From the NCBI GenBank assembly GCA_965207075.1, contig CBDBLO010000002.1, positions 2,121,282 through 2,185,281 on the forward strand: DNA of 64,000 nucleotides, given 5' to 3'. Below the pieces are notes generated by a model. It was given only the letters and a program-made list of their open reading frames with translations, ran no database searches and had not been told where the DNA came from. The position numbers were made by a program, and so were the translations under genes. This document shows, piece by piece, positions 1 through 9,867 of this stretch; the stretch's first letter is position 1; each line of letters starts with the position of its first letter. This DNA is from Nitrosopumilus sp. Its GTDB lineage: Archaea > Thermoproteota > Nitrososphaeria > Nitrososphaerales > Nitrosopumilaceae.

Positions 1-1
1 A

Positions 2-901
2 AGAGGAGGGCGACCCGCAACGGCCCTGACAAAGCGCATAATCCCGTGCCTTGACGTCAAGGATGGCAGGGTGGTAAAGGGGACCAGGTTCGTGGAGATC
101 AGGGACGCGGGCGACCCGGTCGCGCTGGCCAAGCGGTACAGCGACGAGGGGGCCGACGAGCTCGTGTTCCTGGACATTACCGCGTCAGACGAGAGGCGCA
201 AGACCATCCGGGAGCTGGTGCGCGGGGTGGCGTCCGTAATAGACATCCCGTTTACCGTCGGCGGCGGCGTCTCGACGATGGAGGATGCCCGCAACATACT
301 GCTGAGCGGCGCAGACAAGGTCGGGATCAACACGGGCGCCATAAACAACCCGCCGATCATAACCGAGATGATGGGCCTGTTTGGGCGGCAGTGCGTCGTG
401 GTCGCAATAGACGCGAAGAGAAACTACGGGGAGCCCGCGGACCGCGGGCGCAGCGGCGAGGGCTCCGCTGACGGCGGGGGCGGGGGCTCCGCTGACGGCG
501 TGGGCGGGAGCGGCCCGCCGGTCATGCTGGAGGATGACAGCGGCCGCCGGTTCTGGTTTGAGGTGCACACGTACGGGGGCAAGAAGGGCACCGGCGTGGA
601 CGCCATACGGTGGGCAAGAAGGGCCCAGGGGCTCGGCGCAGGCGAGATACTGCTGACCAGCATGGACAGGGACGGCACAAAGGACGGCTACGACCACGAG
701 CTCACCAGGCGCGTGGTGGACGCGGTCTCCATTCCCGTGATAGCGTCCGGCGGCTGCGGGCATCCCGGCGACATGGCCGACGTCTTTGGGGCGACCGGCG
801 TGGACGCGGCGCTGGCAGCCTCCATATTCCACTACCAAGAGTACGGCGTGTCCGGCGTAAAGCGGATCCTCAGGGACAAAGGCATTCCTGTAAGGTTATA
901 A
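2..901 (+). CDS. hisF: Imidazole glycerol phosphate synthase cyclase subunit (5' end at or before the window edge)
   Basis: Frame open from base 2. Reads [53 protein letters not shown]. Contains a Gly/Ser-rich insertion at ~430-520. Confidence 0.95.
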   Translation, partial: RGGRPATALTKRIIPCLDVKDGRVVKGTRFVEIRDAGDPVALAKRYSDEGADELVFLDITASDERRKTIRELVRGVASVIDIPFTVGGGVSTMEDARNILLSGADKVGINTGAINNPPIITEMMGLFGRQCVVVAIDAKRNYGEPADRGRSGEGSADGGGGGSADGVGGSGPPVMLEDDSGRRFWFEVHTYGGKKGTGVDAIRWARRAQGLGAGEILLTSMDRDGTKDGYDHELTRRVVDAVSIPVIASGGCGHPGDMADVFGATGVDAALAASIFHYQEYGVSGVKRILRDKGIPVRL

Positions 902-924
902 GATGCGCACGCTGCGTGGGCGCA

Positions 925-1260
925 GTGGCCCAGATCGACATTGACGCAATCGACTTTGAGAAGGGCGGCGGGCTCGTCCCCGTTATAGTACAGGACGCGG
1001 ACACGCGGGAGGTGCTGACCCTTGCATACGCAAACCGCGAGTCGCTCGGGCTCGCGGCCAGCACGGGCAGGTCGTGGTTCTACAGCCGCTCAAGGGACAA
1101 GCTCTGGATGAAGGGCGAGGAGTCGGGAAACGTCCAGGACGTCAGCGAGATACTGGTGGACTGCGACTCTGACGCGATCATATACCTGGTCAAGCCGGCG
1201 GGGCCCGCGTGCCACAAGGGGGAGCGCGCGTGCTTTCACAACAGGCTTGCAAGACAGTAA
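925..1260 (+). CDS. hisI: Phosphoribosyl-AMP cyclohydrolase
   Basis: GLVPVIVQD, SRSRDKLWMKGEESGN, DCDSD and GPACH...CF motifs. GTG start inferred at 925. Confidence 0.93.
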   Translation: MAQIDIDAIDFEKGGGLVPVIVQDADTREVLTLAYANRESLGLAASTGRSWFYSRSRDKLWMKGEESGNVQDVSEILVDCDSDAIIYLVKPAGPACHKGERACFHNRLARQ

Positions 1261-1313
1261 CGGCCTAGGGCACATGGGCGCACCACACCTGCCGAGTCGG
1301 AGAGCCGCACGGG

Positions 1314-1862
1314 CTATTGCCCCGGGTCGCCGGCCGGCGGACCCTGCAAGTCCACGACGTCCGTCTCGGCGCCGGGGGCGAACTCGTCGACCACCTCGAA
1401 GAATATCTCGTCGTTGTTTATCCCCTCAAACCATATCATCCACTGCCCCACCAGCTGGTCCTCCTCGTAGAGGCCCTTGATTGCAGACGTGTCCGGCCTG
1501 AAGTAGAACTTTGCCACCTCGCGCTCGGACCCGTCGTACGCCCTCTCCAAAAAGATCTTGCCCTCCGGGCTTGCCACCCTGACTATCACCTGCTGGCCCG
1601 GGGTCAGCGTCCCTGCAAAGAACACGTCCTCGCCGAGCCTGTACGCCTCCTTGTTGATTCCAAAGGCGCCTGCCGTGTTCCAGACCTCCTCTGGCTCGTC
1701 CGGCTGCTCCGAGCCGCCCCTCACATAGTCCGACAGCGGGTTGTCCAGTATGAACCGCTCAGTGTCGGCTCTGTGCTCATCGTAGTCCGACAGGCTGGAC
1801 GCCAAGAACATACCGCCAACTATACCAACCGCCGCGAGTCCTATTATGATCTTGCCTATCAT
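1314..1862 (-). CDS. Membrane-anchored hypothetical protein
   Basis: 182 aa ORF with an N-terminal hydrophobic helix and an acidic soluble domain. Confidence 0.75.
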   Translation of the reverse strand: MIGKIIIGLAAVGIVGGMFLASSLSDYDEHRADTERFILDNPLSDYVRGGSEQPDEPEEVWNTAGAFGINKEAYRLGEDVFFAGTLTPGQQVIVRVASPEGKIFLERAYDGSEREVAKFYFRPDTSAIKGLYEEDQLVGQWMIWFEGINNDEIFFEVVDEFAPGAETDVVDLQGPPAGDPGQ

Positions 1863-2286
1863 TTACAGTGGTACGGCAACGCCATCTTATAATTATTGAG
1901 CATGGGCTCTCCCAAAAGCCCGCCCTCCCGCCGCGCCATAACTCACGGGACAAACAGCTCGACGCCGGCACGCGGCCGACGGCTCAACGCGGCCGACCCA
2001 AACACAGGAACAGCCAAGCGGCAAGTGGCGCCGTCAGCGATTTCCCTCCCTCCTCCCCCTACCCCCCCCCCAGACTCACAAGCGCGGGCCGCGGTGACAT
2101 CTGGGGCATCGCGGCGCCGTCCGGCGCGCACCGCATGTTTCGGGCCATCCCCGGACGGCGCACACGCGCAGCCGGCAGCAAACCCATGACGGAGCCGCAC
2201 GGCGTCCGAACCGCCCTGCGCCGCAGTTATTCGACGTTTGTACCAAAATCCAACCGCTAAACCCTTAAATAGAAATCTGAAACCAC

Positions 2287-2574
2287 GTGAGTCAATTACT
2301 GATGAGGGGCATGCTTGGAATATCCTTGGTACTGATAGCAGTAGCGGCGGCAGTGGCGATCATACCGGCCGCCGGCGTCGCGCTTGCGGCCGGCGACGAG
2401 CCCGGCGAGTACATCGACCGCCGCGTGCTCATCTGGAACCTGTTCTTTAGGATGATGACAGTCGCGTTCACGGTCGGGGCAGTCGTATCCGGCACGATAA
2501 TCTGGCAGGTGTGGCGCTTCCGTGAGTCGCACCCCAAGGCAAAGCCTACTCCGTACGAGGGGACTGACTGGTAG
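2287..2574 (+). CDS. Small membrane protein equivalent to the N-terminal membrane part of heme-copper oxidase subunit II (split coxB)
   Basis: Signal/TM helices followed by WRFRES. Abuts the CuA-domain gene. TTAAATA box at 2265-2271. Confidence 0.7.
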   Translation: MSQLLMRGMLGISLVLIAVAAAVAIIPAAGVALAAGDEPGEYIDRRVLIWNLFFRMMTVAFTVGAVVSGTIIWQVWRFRESHPKAKPTPYEGTDW

Positions 2575-3009
2575 ATGGCCGGACATCACTCAAACTGGCC
2601 CGAGTGGATATACATCGGGATCGTGGTGGCGCTCATGACATGGGTCGGGGCCGAGGCCTGGGAGGTCGAGCGCCTCATCGAGCACGTCCCGGCCGACGCG
2701 GAGATCATAAAGGTGACGGGGCAGCAGTGGTTCTGGACCTTTGAGCACGAGGACGGCACAAAGGAGATAGGCGAGCTGCACCTGGAGGCGGGCAAGGCCT
2801 ACAAGTTCGAGGTGGTGGCCACTGACGTCATACACTCGTTTAACATACACGACTACGTGGTGCTGATAGACGCGGTCCCGGGCAGGGTGAACACGGTGTG
2901 GTTTGCGCCCGACGAGCCGGGCGTGCACGACATACAGTGCCGCGAGTACTGCGGGCTGATACACTACAACATGCGCGGCACGCTGTACGTGGAGGAGCCG
3001 TCGTCATGA
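2575..3009 (+). CDS. coxB: Heme-copper oxidase subunit II (CuA domain)
   Basis: GQQWFWTF, DVIHSF and CREYCGLIHYNM CuA ligand motif. Confidence 0.93.
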   Translation: MAGHHSNWPEWIYIGIVVALMTWVGAEAWEVERLIEHVPADAEIIKVTGQQWFWTFEHEDGTKEIGELHLEAGKAYKFEVVATDVIHSFNIHDYVVLIDAVPGRVNTVWFAPDEPGVHDIQCREYCGLIHYNMRGTLYVEEPSS

Positions 3010-3118
3010 CGCGGAGAGGATGTGGGATGGGGACGAGCATTGACATTATGATCAACATACGGGCCGGGCGTCCGGCCGATGCCACCGATTATAATGTGGC
3101 GGGAGGTGCACACGCATC

Positions 3119-4645
3119 ATGGTTCTAGAGCTGCAAAAGCCGCGCCCCATATGGCAGATAATGTTCTCGACCCACCACACCGACGTGGGGCTCCTGTACC
3201 TCATAACGTCCCTGGCGTTCCTGTTCCTGGGCGGAGCGCTGGCGCTCGCAATCAGGGCGGAGCTGTTCCTGCCGGGGGCCCAGATCATAGGCGACGCGAT
3301 GACGTTCAACCGCATATTCACAGTCCACGGCACCACGCTGATCTTTTTGTTCATCATACCCTTCGCGTCTGCAGTCGGCAACTACTTTGTCCCGATAATG
3401 GTCAGGTACAAGGACATGGCGTACCCAAAGCTCAACGCGATCGCGTTCTGGATGATACCTCCCTCCGGCGCCCTGATATGGCTCGGCTTTGCGGACTTTA
3501 CGTGGTACGCGACTCCCCCCTACTCGATAATCAGCGCCCCGGGGCCGGCTGCCGACATGTGGATATTCGGCCTCAAGATCCTTGGCGTATCCTCCGTGCT
3601 GGGCGCGATAAACTTCGTCGTCACCATACTAAAGTGCAAGCATCCGGACATGTCGATAGGGCAGGTCCCGCTGCTGGCGTGGTCCTTCCTCTCCTCGTCG
3701 CTCATCATACTGGTCGCAATCCCGACCTTTGCGGCCGCGCTGCTGATGCTGCTCACCGACCGCCTCGGCGTGAGCGGCTTCTTCAACCCCGCGCTCGGCG
3801 GCGACCCGATAGCGTACGCGCACCTGTTCTGGTTCACTTTCCACCCCGAGGTGTACGTGCTTGTGATCCCGGCGATCGGGATGATGTACGAGATAATACC
3901 GAGGTTCTCCAGGAGGCCGATCTACAGCTACAGCTCCGGGGTGTTCGCGTTCGTCCTTCTGTCGATAGTCGGGTTCTCCTCGTGGGCCCACCACATGTAC
4001 GCGACGGGCATGTCGTTTACCGAAAAGACCGTGTTCATGGTCGGCACGCTGGCGGCGGTTCCCGCGTCTGCCATGCACGTGTTCAACTTTATCGCCACTA
4101 TGTGGAACGGCCGCATCAGGTTCTCCACCCCCATGATGTGGGCAGTCGGCGGGATCGCGCTCTTCTTCTCGGCGGGTGCCGGCGGCGTCGTCAACAGCGC
4201 AATGCCGCTGGACTTTACCACGCACGACACCTACTGGGTGGTCGGACACTTCCACCTCTTTGTGATGGGTACCATAGCGTTCGGGTCCATCGGGTACCTC
4301 TACTACATGTTCCCGTACGTGACCGGAAGGATGTACAACGAGACGATGGGCAAGATACACTTTGTAATGTCGTTCATCGGCACCATCCTGGTGTTCTTTA
4401 CGCAGCACGTGCTCGGGCTGTACGGGATGCCGCGGCGCATATTTGACTACCCGCCCATACCGGAGTGGATCGCGATGAACCAGATCGCGTCGATAGGGGC
4501 TATGATAATCGGGGTCAGCATGGTGGTGTTCCTGGCAAACATGATACACAGCTCCGCAAAGGGCGAGCCGGCAAACACGGACGACCCGTTCGGCGTGGGC
4601 GGCAGGTACTATTACCCGTTTGAGGCAAAGAACCCCTCGCATTGA
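3119..4645 (+). CDS. coxA: Heme-copper oxidase subunit I
   Basis: HGTT, WFTFHPEVY, WAHHM and GHFH ligand motifs; many TM helices. Confidence 0.97.
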   Translation: MVLELQKPRPIWQIMFSTHHTDVGLLYLITSLAFLFLGGALALAIRAELFLPGAQIIGDAMTFNRIFTVHGTTLIFLFIIPFASAVGNYFVPIMVRYKDMAYPKLNAIAFWMIPPSGALIWLGFADFTWYATPPYSIISAPGPAADMWIFGLKILGVSSVLGAINFVVTILKCKHPDMSIGQVPLLAWSFLSSSLIILVAIPTFAAALLMLLTDRLGVSGFFNPALGGDPIAYAHLFWFTFHPEVYVLVIPAIGMMYEIIPRFSRRPIYSYSSGVFAFVLLSIVGFSSWAHHMYATGMSFTEKTVFMVGTLAAVPASAMHVFNFIATMWNGRIRFSTPMMWAVGGIALFFSAGAGGVVNSAMPLDFTTHDTYWVVGHFHLFVMGTIAFGSIGYLYYMFPYVTGRMYNETMGKIHFVMSFIGTILVFFTQHVLGLYGMPRRIFDYPPIPEWIAMNQIASIGAMIIGVSMVVFLANMIHSSAKGEPANTDDPFGVGGRYYYPFEAKNPSH

Positions 4646-4663
4646 TGATGATGATGATGATGA
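4643..4663 (+). repeat. (TGA)7 microsatellite starting at the coxA stop codon
   Basis: tgatgatgatgatgatgatga. Confidence 0.9.
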
Positions 4664-4680
4664 TGGTAGTGTGGTAAGAG

Positions 4681-5682
4681 ATGGCAGACGGCAGAAGCAG
4701 CGGGACGCAGCAGCAGGTGTACATGACCACGCCGGCCAGGACCGGCAAGATGATGGCCATAATGCTGGGCATATGCATAGTTGGAGGCGCCATCTTCTTC
4801 GGGATGTGGGACTATTGGATATCCGAGCCGGCCCCGATCGTGGCGATAATGGCGGCCTCCACCGCGGCGCCCGTCGCGGAGCAGGCGGAGCAGACGGGCC
4901 AAACCATAACCTCGGACCTAGTCTTCATCGAGGCTGACGACTTTATCACGATGGCCTTCAACGCGCTGCCCGGCGAGGAGGGCAACAACCCGACCATAAA
5001 CATGAACGTGGGCGACAAGGTCGTGTTCAACGTGGTAAGCGACGGCATCTCGCTGCACGCGTTTGGCGTCACGCAGGAGGAGGAGGGCACCGCTGGCATC
5101 ATACCCGGCACCGAGATCGGCAGCCCCAACAGCCCGATGCTGAAGGGGGACAGCGGCACCGCTGAGTTCGTGGCCGGCGAGGAGGGCACCTACTATTACA
5201 TATGCACGGTCCCCGGGCACAGGGCACAGGGCATGGAGGGCACCATTGTGGTGGGCCCCGCGCCCGAGTCTGGGGACGGCGGCAGCGGAGGAGGAGGAGG
5301 AGAGGCGGCCCCCCCGACCGGCATATCGCACGAGTTTGAGTTTGACTATGTAGAGTCCGACGACTTTAGGACGTTCGGGTTCAACGGGCTTGAGGGCGAG
5401 GAGGGGGCAAACCCCGAGATTGTGGTCAACTCCGGCGACGAGATTACGGTCACCACGGTCAACGTGGGCGTCTCGTTCCACTCGTTCGGGGTGGTGGCAG
5501 ACCCCGCCGACTTTGCAAACGTGCTGTGGGGCTCGGAGATAGGGTCCATGACAAGCCCGCTTAAGAACGGCGAGAGCGGCTCAGTCACGTTCACGGCCGG
5601 GGCGCCGGGCAAGTACTATTACATCTGTACCGTTCCAGGCCACGCCCTGCAGGGGATGCAGGGGGTCCTGACTGTCGAGTAG
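4681..5682 (+). CDS. Membrane-anchored tandem blue-copper (cupredoxin) protein
   Basis: One TM helix, then two domains each with an upstream His and YYYICTVPGHxxxGM (type-1 Cu ligands). Confidence 0.9.
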   Translation: MADGRSSGTQQQVYMTTPARTGKMMAIMLGICIVGGAIFFGMWDYWISEPAPIVAIMAASTAAPVAEQAEQTGQTITSDLVFIEADDFITMAFNALPGEEGNNPTINMNVGDKVVFNVVSDGISLHAFGVTQEEEGTAGIIPGTEIGSPNSPMLKGDSGTAEFVAGEEGTYYYICTVPGHRAQGMEGTIVVGPAPESGDGGSGGGGGEAAPPTGISHEFEFDYVESDDFRTFGFNGLEGEEGANPEIVVNSGDEITVTTVNVGVSFHSFGVVADPADFANVLWGSEIGSMTSPLKNGESGSVTFTAGAPGKYYYICTVPGHALQGMQGVLTVE

Positions 5683-5684
5683 CC

Positions 5685-6314
5685 TTGGCTGCCATAAAGT
5701 ACCTTGCACTATCGAGCATGATCGTGCTGTACTCGCTCATGTTCCTTGGCGGGTACATATCGGCCGCGGGCCTGGGGCTCACGTGCCCCGAGTGGCCGCT
5801 GTGCCCGGACGGCATAATGCCCTCAGAAGAATACCTGATAGAATGGATACACAGGCTGGCCGCCGCCACCACGGGCGCGCTCGTGGTCGCCACCATGATC
5901 GCCGGCTTCCTGCACAGGGGGGCCGATGCCAAGATCAGGGTCACGAGCTCGCTTGCGACCGTCTTTGTCATAGTCCAGATCACGCTCGGGGCGCTCGTCA
6001 TCGACCTAAAGCTGCACGCCGTCCTGGTCGCGATACACCTGGGGATAGGGATACTGCTGTTTGCAATGGTGCTGCTGACGACGCTGTTTGCGTTCCGCAT
6101 ACAGTCGCCCGCAAAGGCCGTTGCGCATGGCCGCAGCGGTGGTAGCGGTAGCAGCAACGGCAACAATAGCAGCAGTGACGACAACTATGGCACTGGCGAC
6201 AGTGGCGATAGCAGCAACGGCAACGCCAACCGCAACGGCCGCGGACTACGCCGGAACTCCGGCGGCGGCGCCAAGATGATGCAGGATGCCGCAACGGCGG
6301 ACGTTGCGCACTGA
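5685..6314 (+). CDS. ctaA: COX15/CtaA-family heme A synthase (short form) with low-complexity C-terminal tail
   Basis: GLTCPEWPLC, IEWIHR and QITLG...H motifs. Confidence 0.85.
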   Translation: MAAIKYLALSSMIVLYSLMFLGGYISAAGLGLTCPEWPLCPDGIMPSEEYLIEWIHRLAAATTGALVVATMIAGFLHRGADAKIRVTSSLATVFVIVQITLGALVIDLKLHAVLVAIHLGIGILLFAMVLLTTLFAFRIQSPAKAVAHGRSGGSGSSNGNNSSSDDNYGTGDSGDSSNGNANRNGRGLRRNSGGGAKMMQDAATADVAH

Positions 6315-6382
6315 CTAGGTACTGGAGGGACGACGACGACGGCCGCCGCCGCCGCCGGCCCCGCACGCATACCACATACAGA

Positions 6383-7012
6383 TCACCGGCCAAACGGAGG
6401 ATGCCTGCCGCCGGCCCCGCCGTCTCCTCCCCCCTCTCGCCGCCGCCATCGCCGCTGCATCTTCGGAAGGTAGATGTACGCCATCACGCCTGCAAAGCAG
6501 AACGCCCCGACTGTAATGGATATGATAAAGATGTACCCAAACGGGCTCTGCGTGCCCATGTTGAACGTATACGTGGTTACCCCGGGCTTGTCCACCATGT
6601 CATAGAGGTCCACCTTTACGATGTGGTTTCCCTGATACCGCCACGTGTGCCCAAAGTCCCAGTGCCCCCCCTCTATGGCCGTGGGCGGGACCGCGTCCAC
6701 CTGCTGCCCGTTGTAAAAGAACCTGATTCCCATCGTGAACCTGTCTACCTCCTCAAAGTCCGTGTCGGTCACCCGGACCAGAAACATCGACGGCTCGTCG
6801 ATCTGGGGAAACTCGGGGGCCGTCGCAACCTGCACCCTGTACCCCGCCATAAACTCCTCGGCCGAGTTGAACATGGAGTGCCCCGACGCCTCCTGCGCGC
6901 CCGGCACCAAGGCGCACGCCGCGCACAGCAGAGCGATCGCGGCCACGCCCCGGACGAGGGCGGACCCCGGGGCCTTCTTCTTCTGCCGCCCTCCCGCCGG
7001 TTTTGTCATCAT
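6383..7012 (-). CDS. Exported, membrane-anchored hypothetical protein
   Basis: Signal peptide followed by His (GHSMFN) and a C-terminal TM helix. Confidence 0.7.
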   Translation of the reverse strand: MMTKPAGGRQKKKAPGSALVRGVAAIALLCAACALVPGAQEASGHSMFNSAEEFMAGYRVQVATAPEFPQIDEPSMFLVRVTDTDFEEVDRFTMGIRFFYNGQQVDAVPPTAIEGGHWDFGHTWRYQGNHIVKVDLYDMVDKPGVTTYTFNMGTQSPFGYIFIISITVGAFCFAGVMAYIYLPKMQRRWRRREGGGDGGAGGRHPPFGR

Positions 7013-7065
7013 ACTCTGGGATCGTCTTCAAAAGCTTTAAATCCTTATTGGCAAGAGTCGGATCG

Positions 7066-7677
7066 TTGACACTTGTCACGAAATCCACCGAGATAAAGGT
7101 GCCAGTCGACAGCGTCTTTACCTATTTTGCGCGGCCCGAGCACGTCTCGGATCAGATGAAGAGCGAGACGGTGGGCATGACCGTGATCCCCATGGACATC
7201 AAGGAGGGGATGGGGGTCGGAACCACGTTTCGCGTGATAGGCGACTTTGGAGGCAAGCGGCTGGAATGGGACTGCGAGACCACCGAGTTTGTGCGCAACA
7301 AGCGCATATCCGCAGAGCAGACTGAGGGCCCGTTCAAGAAATGGGCCATCACAAACGAGTTTGAGGAGCTCGGGGCCAACCTGACCAGGGTTACCATGTC
7401 AGTGGACTATGAGATGCCCTTTGGCCCGCTGGGCGCCATCCTGAACAAGGCAAAGTTTGCAAAGTCCGCCGAGAGGGGCATGGAGACGGCCCTGTACAGC
7501 GTCCGCGGACTCTTGGAGGGCAACGGCTCGATTCCCGTATACATCACGCTTGACGCGTATCAAAAGCTGCTCGAGGAGAAGAAAAAGATGAACGACGTGC
7601 CGGTCTCCACCGCGCTGACGGCCATCATACAAAAGTACAACCAGATAGAGCAGAAAGAGCTTGCCGTCACAGGATAG
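7066..7677 (+). CDS. SRPBCC / polyketide cyclase family protein
   Basis: START-like pattern (TRVTMSVDYEMPFGPLG). TTG start about 25 nt after a TTTAAA box at 7036. Confidence 0.8.
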   Translation: MTLVTKSTEIKVPVDSVFTYFARPEHVSDQMKSETVGMTVIPMDIKEGMGVGTTFRVIGDFGGKRLEWDCETTEFVRNKRISAEQTEGPFKKWAITNEFEELGANLTRVTMSVDYEMPFGPLGAILNKAKFAKSAERGMETALYSVRGLLEGNGSIPVYITLDAYQKLLEEKKKMNDVPVSTALTAIIQKYNQIEQKELAVTG

Positions 7678-7812
7678 GCAGCGCCGTGCGTTTCTGACGT
7701 TTTCAAACCGCGAGCATCTAGCCCGCTTGCGACGCCCGTGTCCCGCCTCCGGCGTCCCGCGCCCCGGCGGATCTGAAGATTATAATAGTAATTTTGCGCC
7801 GTCCGTAACGGT

Positions 7813-7886
7813 GGGTCTATGGCGCAGCCAGGTAGCGCTCAGGACTCTTAATCCTGCTGTCGTGGGTTCGAATCCCTCTAGACCCG
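7813..7886 (+). tRNA. tRNA-Lys (CTT)
   Basis: Acceptor GGGTCTA/TAGACCC, anticodon arm CAGGA-CT CTT AA-TCCTG, T loop TTCGAAT. TTATAA box at 7780-7785. Confidence 0.97.
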
Positions 7887-7893
7887 CTACTAT
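7873..7893 (+). repeat. attL (tRNA-Lys 3' end)
   Basis: 16 bp identical core, 20/21 bp match to 34108-34128. Confidence 0.9.
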
Positions 7894-8056
7894 ACCGGTA
7901 CTCTTTTGGGCTCCGGTAAGTGGAAAGAATGATCACAGGTAGGAAGGAAAGGCCCGAAAGGCGAAAACCGGGGGAGGGGTGTCACGGCGGCGCGCAGGGG
8001 CGCGGGACTCGCCCTTCCACAGGGGCTTTTATGGGATCGGGGGTGTGCGTCCGACC

Positions 8057-9358
8057 ATGATTAAGATTACAAAAGAGGAGTTGAGGGACGGTGGGTCTGC
8101 CGCATCATGTACCGAGCCCCTCGACCTGTTCTGGCAGGGCATCAGGGCCGAGGAGACCCGCAAGACATACACGCGCACGCTCAGGCGCCTGCTGTGCGGC
8201 GCGCTGGAGGAGGTGCTGGAGGGCACGTTTGAGGAGCGCGCGGCGCAGCTTGTGCGGCTGGGAAAGGACGACCCGAACCGCACGCTGAACCTCGTGCTGC
8301 GCATATCAGGAAAGATTCGGGCGAGGAGCTCGCTGCCGCACGACCACCCGGACTACTTTAACCCGTCGGGCGTCCCCAACTACTTCAAGCCGCTCAAAAA
8401 GCTGTTCGACATGAACGGCGTTTCAATGCCGTGGAAGCGCATCTACTCGACGTTCCCCGAGTCCGACAACATCACGGAATCGCGGGGATGGACCCGGGGG
8501 GAGATACAGTCCATGCTCCGGTTTGCCAAGGGGTCGGCCGACAGGGCCGTCATACTGGTCGCCGCCAGTTCGGGCATAAGGGCCGGGGGGTTTGAGCTGC
8601 TGCGGTGGTCGGATCTCAGGCCGATATACCGCGCCGCTGCCGGCGGGGGCGGTAGCAGTGACGATGGGAACAGAAGCAGCAGCGACGTCCTCAGCTTTGA
8701 GCATGGTGGAGGCGACGGCACTGCGGCGGAGCCGGTCTGCGCCATGCTTACCGTATACGCCCGCACAAACGCAAGCTATCCGGCGTTCGTCACGCCGGAG
8801 GCGTACGCGGCGGTAATGGATTACCGGGGCGTGTGGGCCTCGGAGATCGGCAGGCCCCCGGAGCCCGGCGATCCCATCTTCAAGAGGGCCGGAAGCCTGC
8901 CCGCAAAGGCCACCACCCCGCTGATAAAGAGGAGGATCGAGAAGGTGGCCGGCGCGGCGGGCCTGCGCGCCTCCGGCAGAAAGTCCCGCAACCTGTTTGA
9001 CGTGCCCATAATGAACGGCTTCCGCCGGTTCTGGAACAAGGCGTGCAAGGAGTCCTCCTCGAGGGAGTCGCCCCTGTCGTCCCTGATAAGAAAGGAGTAC
9101 ATGATGGGGCATGTCGGCCTGGTGAGCCTGGACCGCAACTACTTCAAGACGCACGTGATGGAGCTTGCAGAAGAGTACCTGCAGTCGGTGCCGCACCTGA
9201 CCATAGACGACGCGGTCAGGCTGCGGCTGGCAAACGCGAGGCAGTCGGAGAGGATAGGGCTGCTGGAGGATGAAAAGGACAGGGAGATTGCAAAGCTGCG
9301 CCTCATGGTCGAGCAGCTTGCGGGCAGGATCGAGTCCTACTCCTCCCGGGGGATCTGA
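8057..9358 (+). CDS. Tyrosine recombinase / integrase
   Basis: SSGIRAGG (Arg I), NGFRRF, MMGH and a downstream Tyr (RNYF). Lies directly after the tRNA att site. Confidence 0.88.
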   Translation: MIKITKEELRDGGSAASCTEPLDLFWQGIRAEETRKTYTRTLRRLLCGALEEVLEGTFEERAAQLVRLGKDDPNRTLNLVLRISGKIRARSSLPHDHPDYFNPSGVPNYFKPLKKLFDMNGVSMPWKRIYSTFPESDNITESRGWTRGEIQSMLRFAKGSADRAVILVAASSGIRAGGFELLRWSDLRPIYRAAAGGGGSSDDGNRSSSDVLSFEHGGGDGTAAEPVCAMLTVYARTNASYPAFVTPEAYAAVMDYRGVWASEIGRPPEPGDPIFKRAGSLPAKATTPLIKRRIEKVAGAAGLRASGRKSRNLFDVPIMNGFRRFWNKACKESSSRESPLSSLIRKEYMMGHVGLVSLDRNYFKTHVMELAEEYLQSVPHLTIDDAVRLRLANARQSERIGLLEDEKDREIAKLRLMVEQLAGRIESYSSRGI

Positions 9359-9664
9359 GGTTTTTATGCGCCCCGCGGCACTGGCCGCATGGACAGTAAG
9401 ACATGCCCCGTATGTTTGCGCGCCTTGGACCTGCATTCTGACGCGGAGGTCATCGCCTGCGCACGCGCCTTGACATCCCGCACGCACGCGGAAAAACCGC
9501 GCCAGACCGCGCAGGAATTCACGCACTGATCGACGTAGGCGCCAAGTCCCGCCGGGTACTGCTTCCAATTCGTGATACGCGGCCTTGCGAGACGGCGATA
9601 CCGTACTTGGATCGTACTATGTGAAGTATGCGCGCACTTAAAAGGGGGCAGATCGCAATGGAGA

Positions 9665-9748
9665 CGGCGGCCGGGGGATTCGAACCCCCATGCGCTTGCG
9701 CGCGGCGATTCAGGAGATCGCTGCCAAACCGGGTATGGCGTAGCTGCC
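9665..9748 (-). tRNA. Non-canonical class II tRNA-like gene, anticodon CCT, Ser-like body
   Basis: GGCAGCT-AC-GCCA[TACCCGGTT]TGGC-A-GCGAT[CT CCT GA]ATCGC-C GCGC[GCAA]GCGC AT-GGGGG[TTCGAAT]CCCCC-GGCCGCC-G, 84 nt. Confidence 0.8.
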
Positions 9749-9867
9749 ACCTATTCCCTACGGGCGTGCTGCGCTTTTATCCGTAACTTTCCAAGGTGAG
9801 GCTTCCAATTCGTGATACGCGGGCGGCGGTCTCGATCTTTTATATGGATCTGGGGTCTGGAGATCGC

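Noticed and set aside
2287-5682. Split coxB and cupredoxin in place of cytochrome c as a novelty
   Set aside because: Known, typical organisation in ammonia-oxidising archaea.
9665-9748. Interpretation as an att remnant or tRNA-Sec/Pyl
   Set aside because: It does not match the tRNA-Lys att core, has a normal 7/5 acceptor-T architecture, and the anticodon is CCT rather than TCA or CTA.
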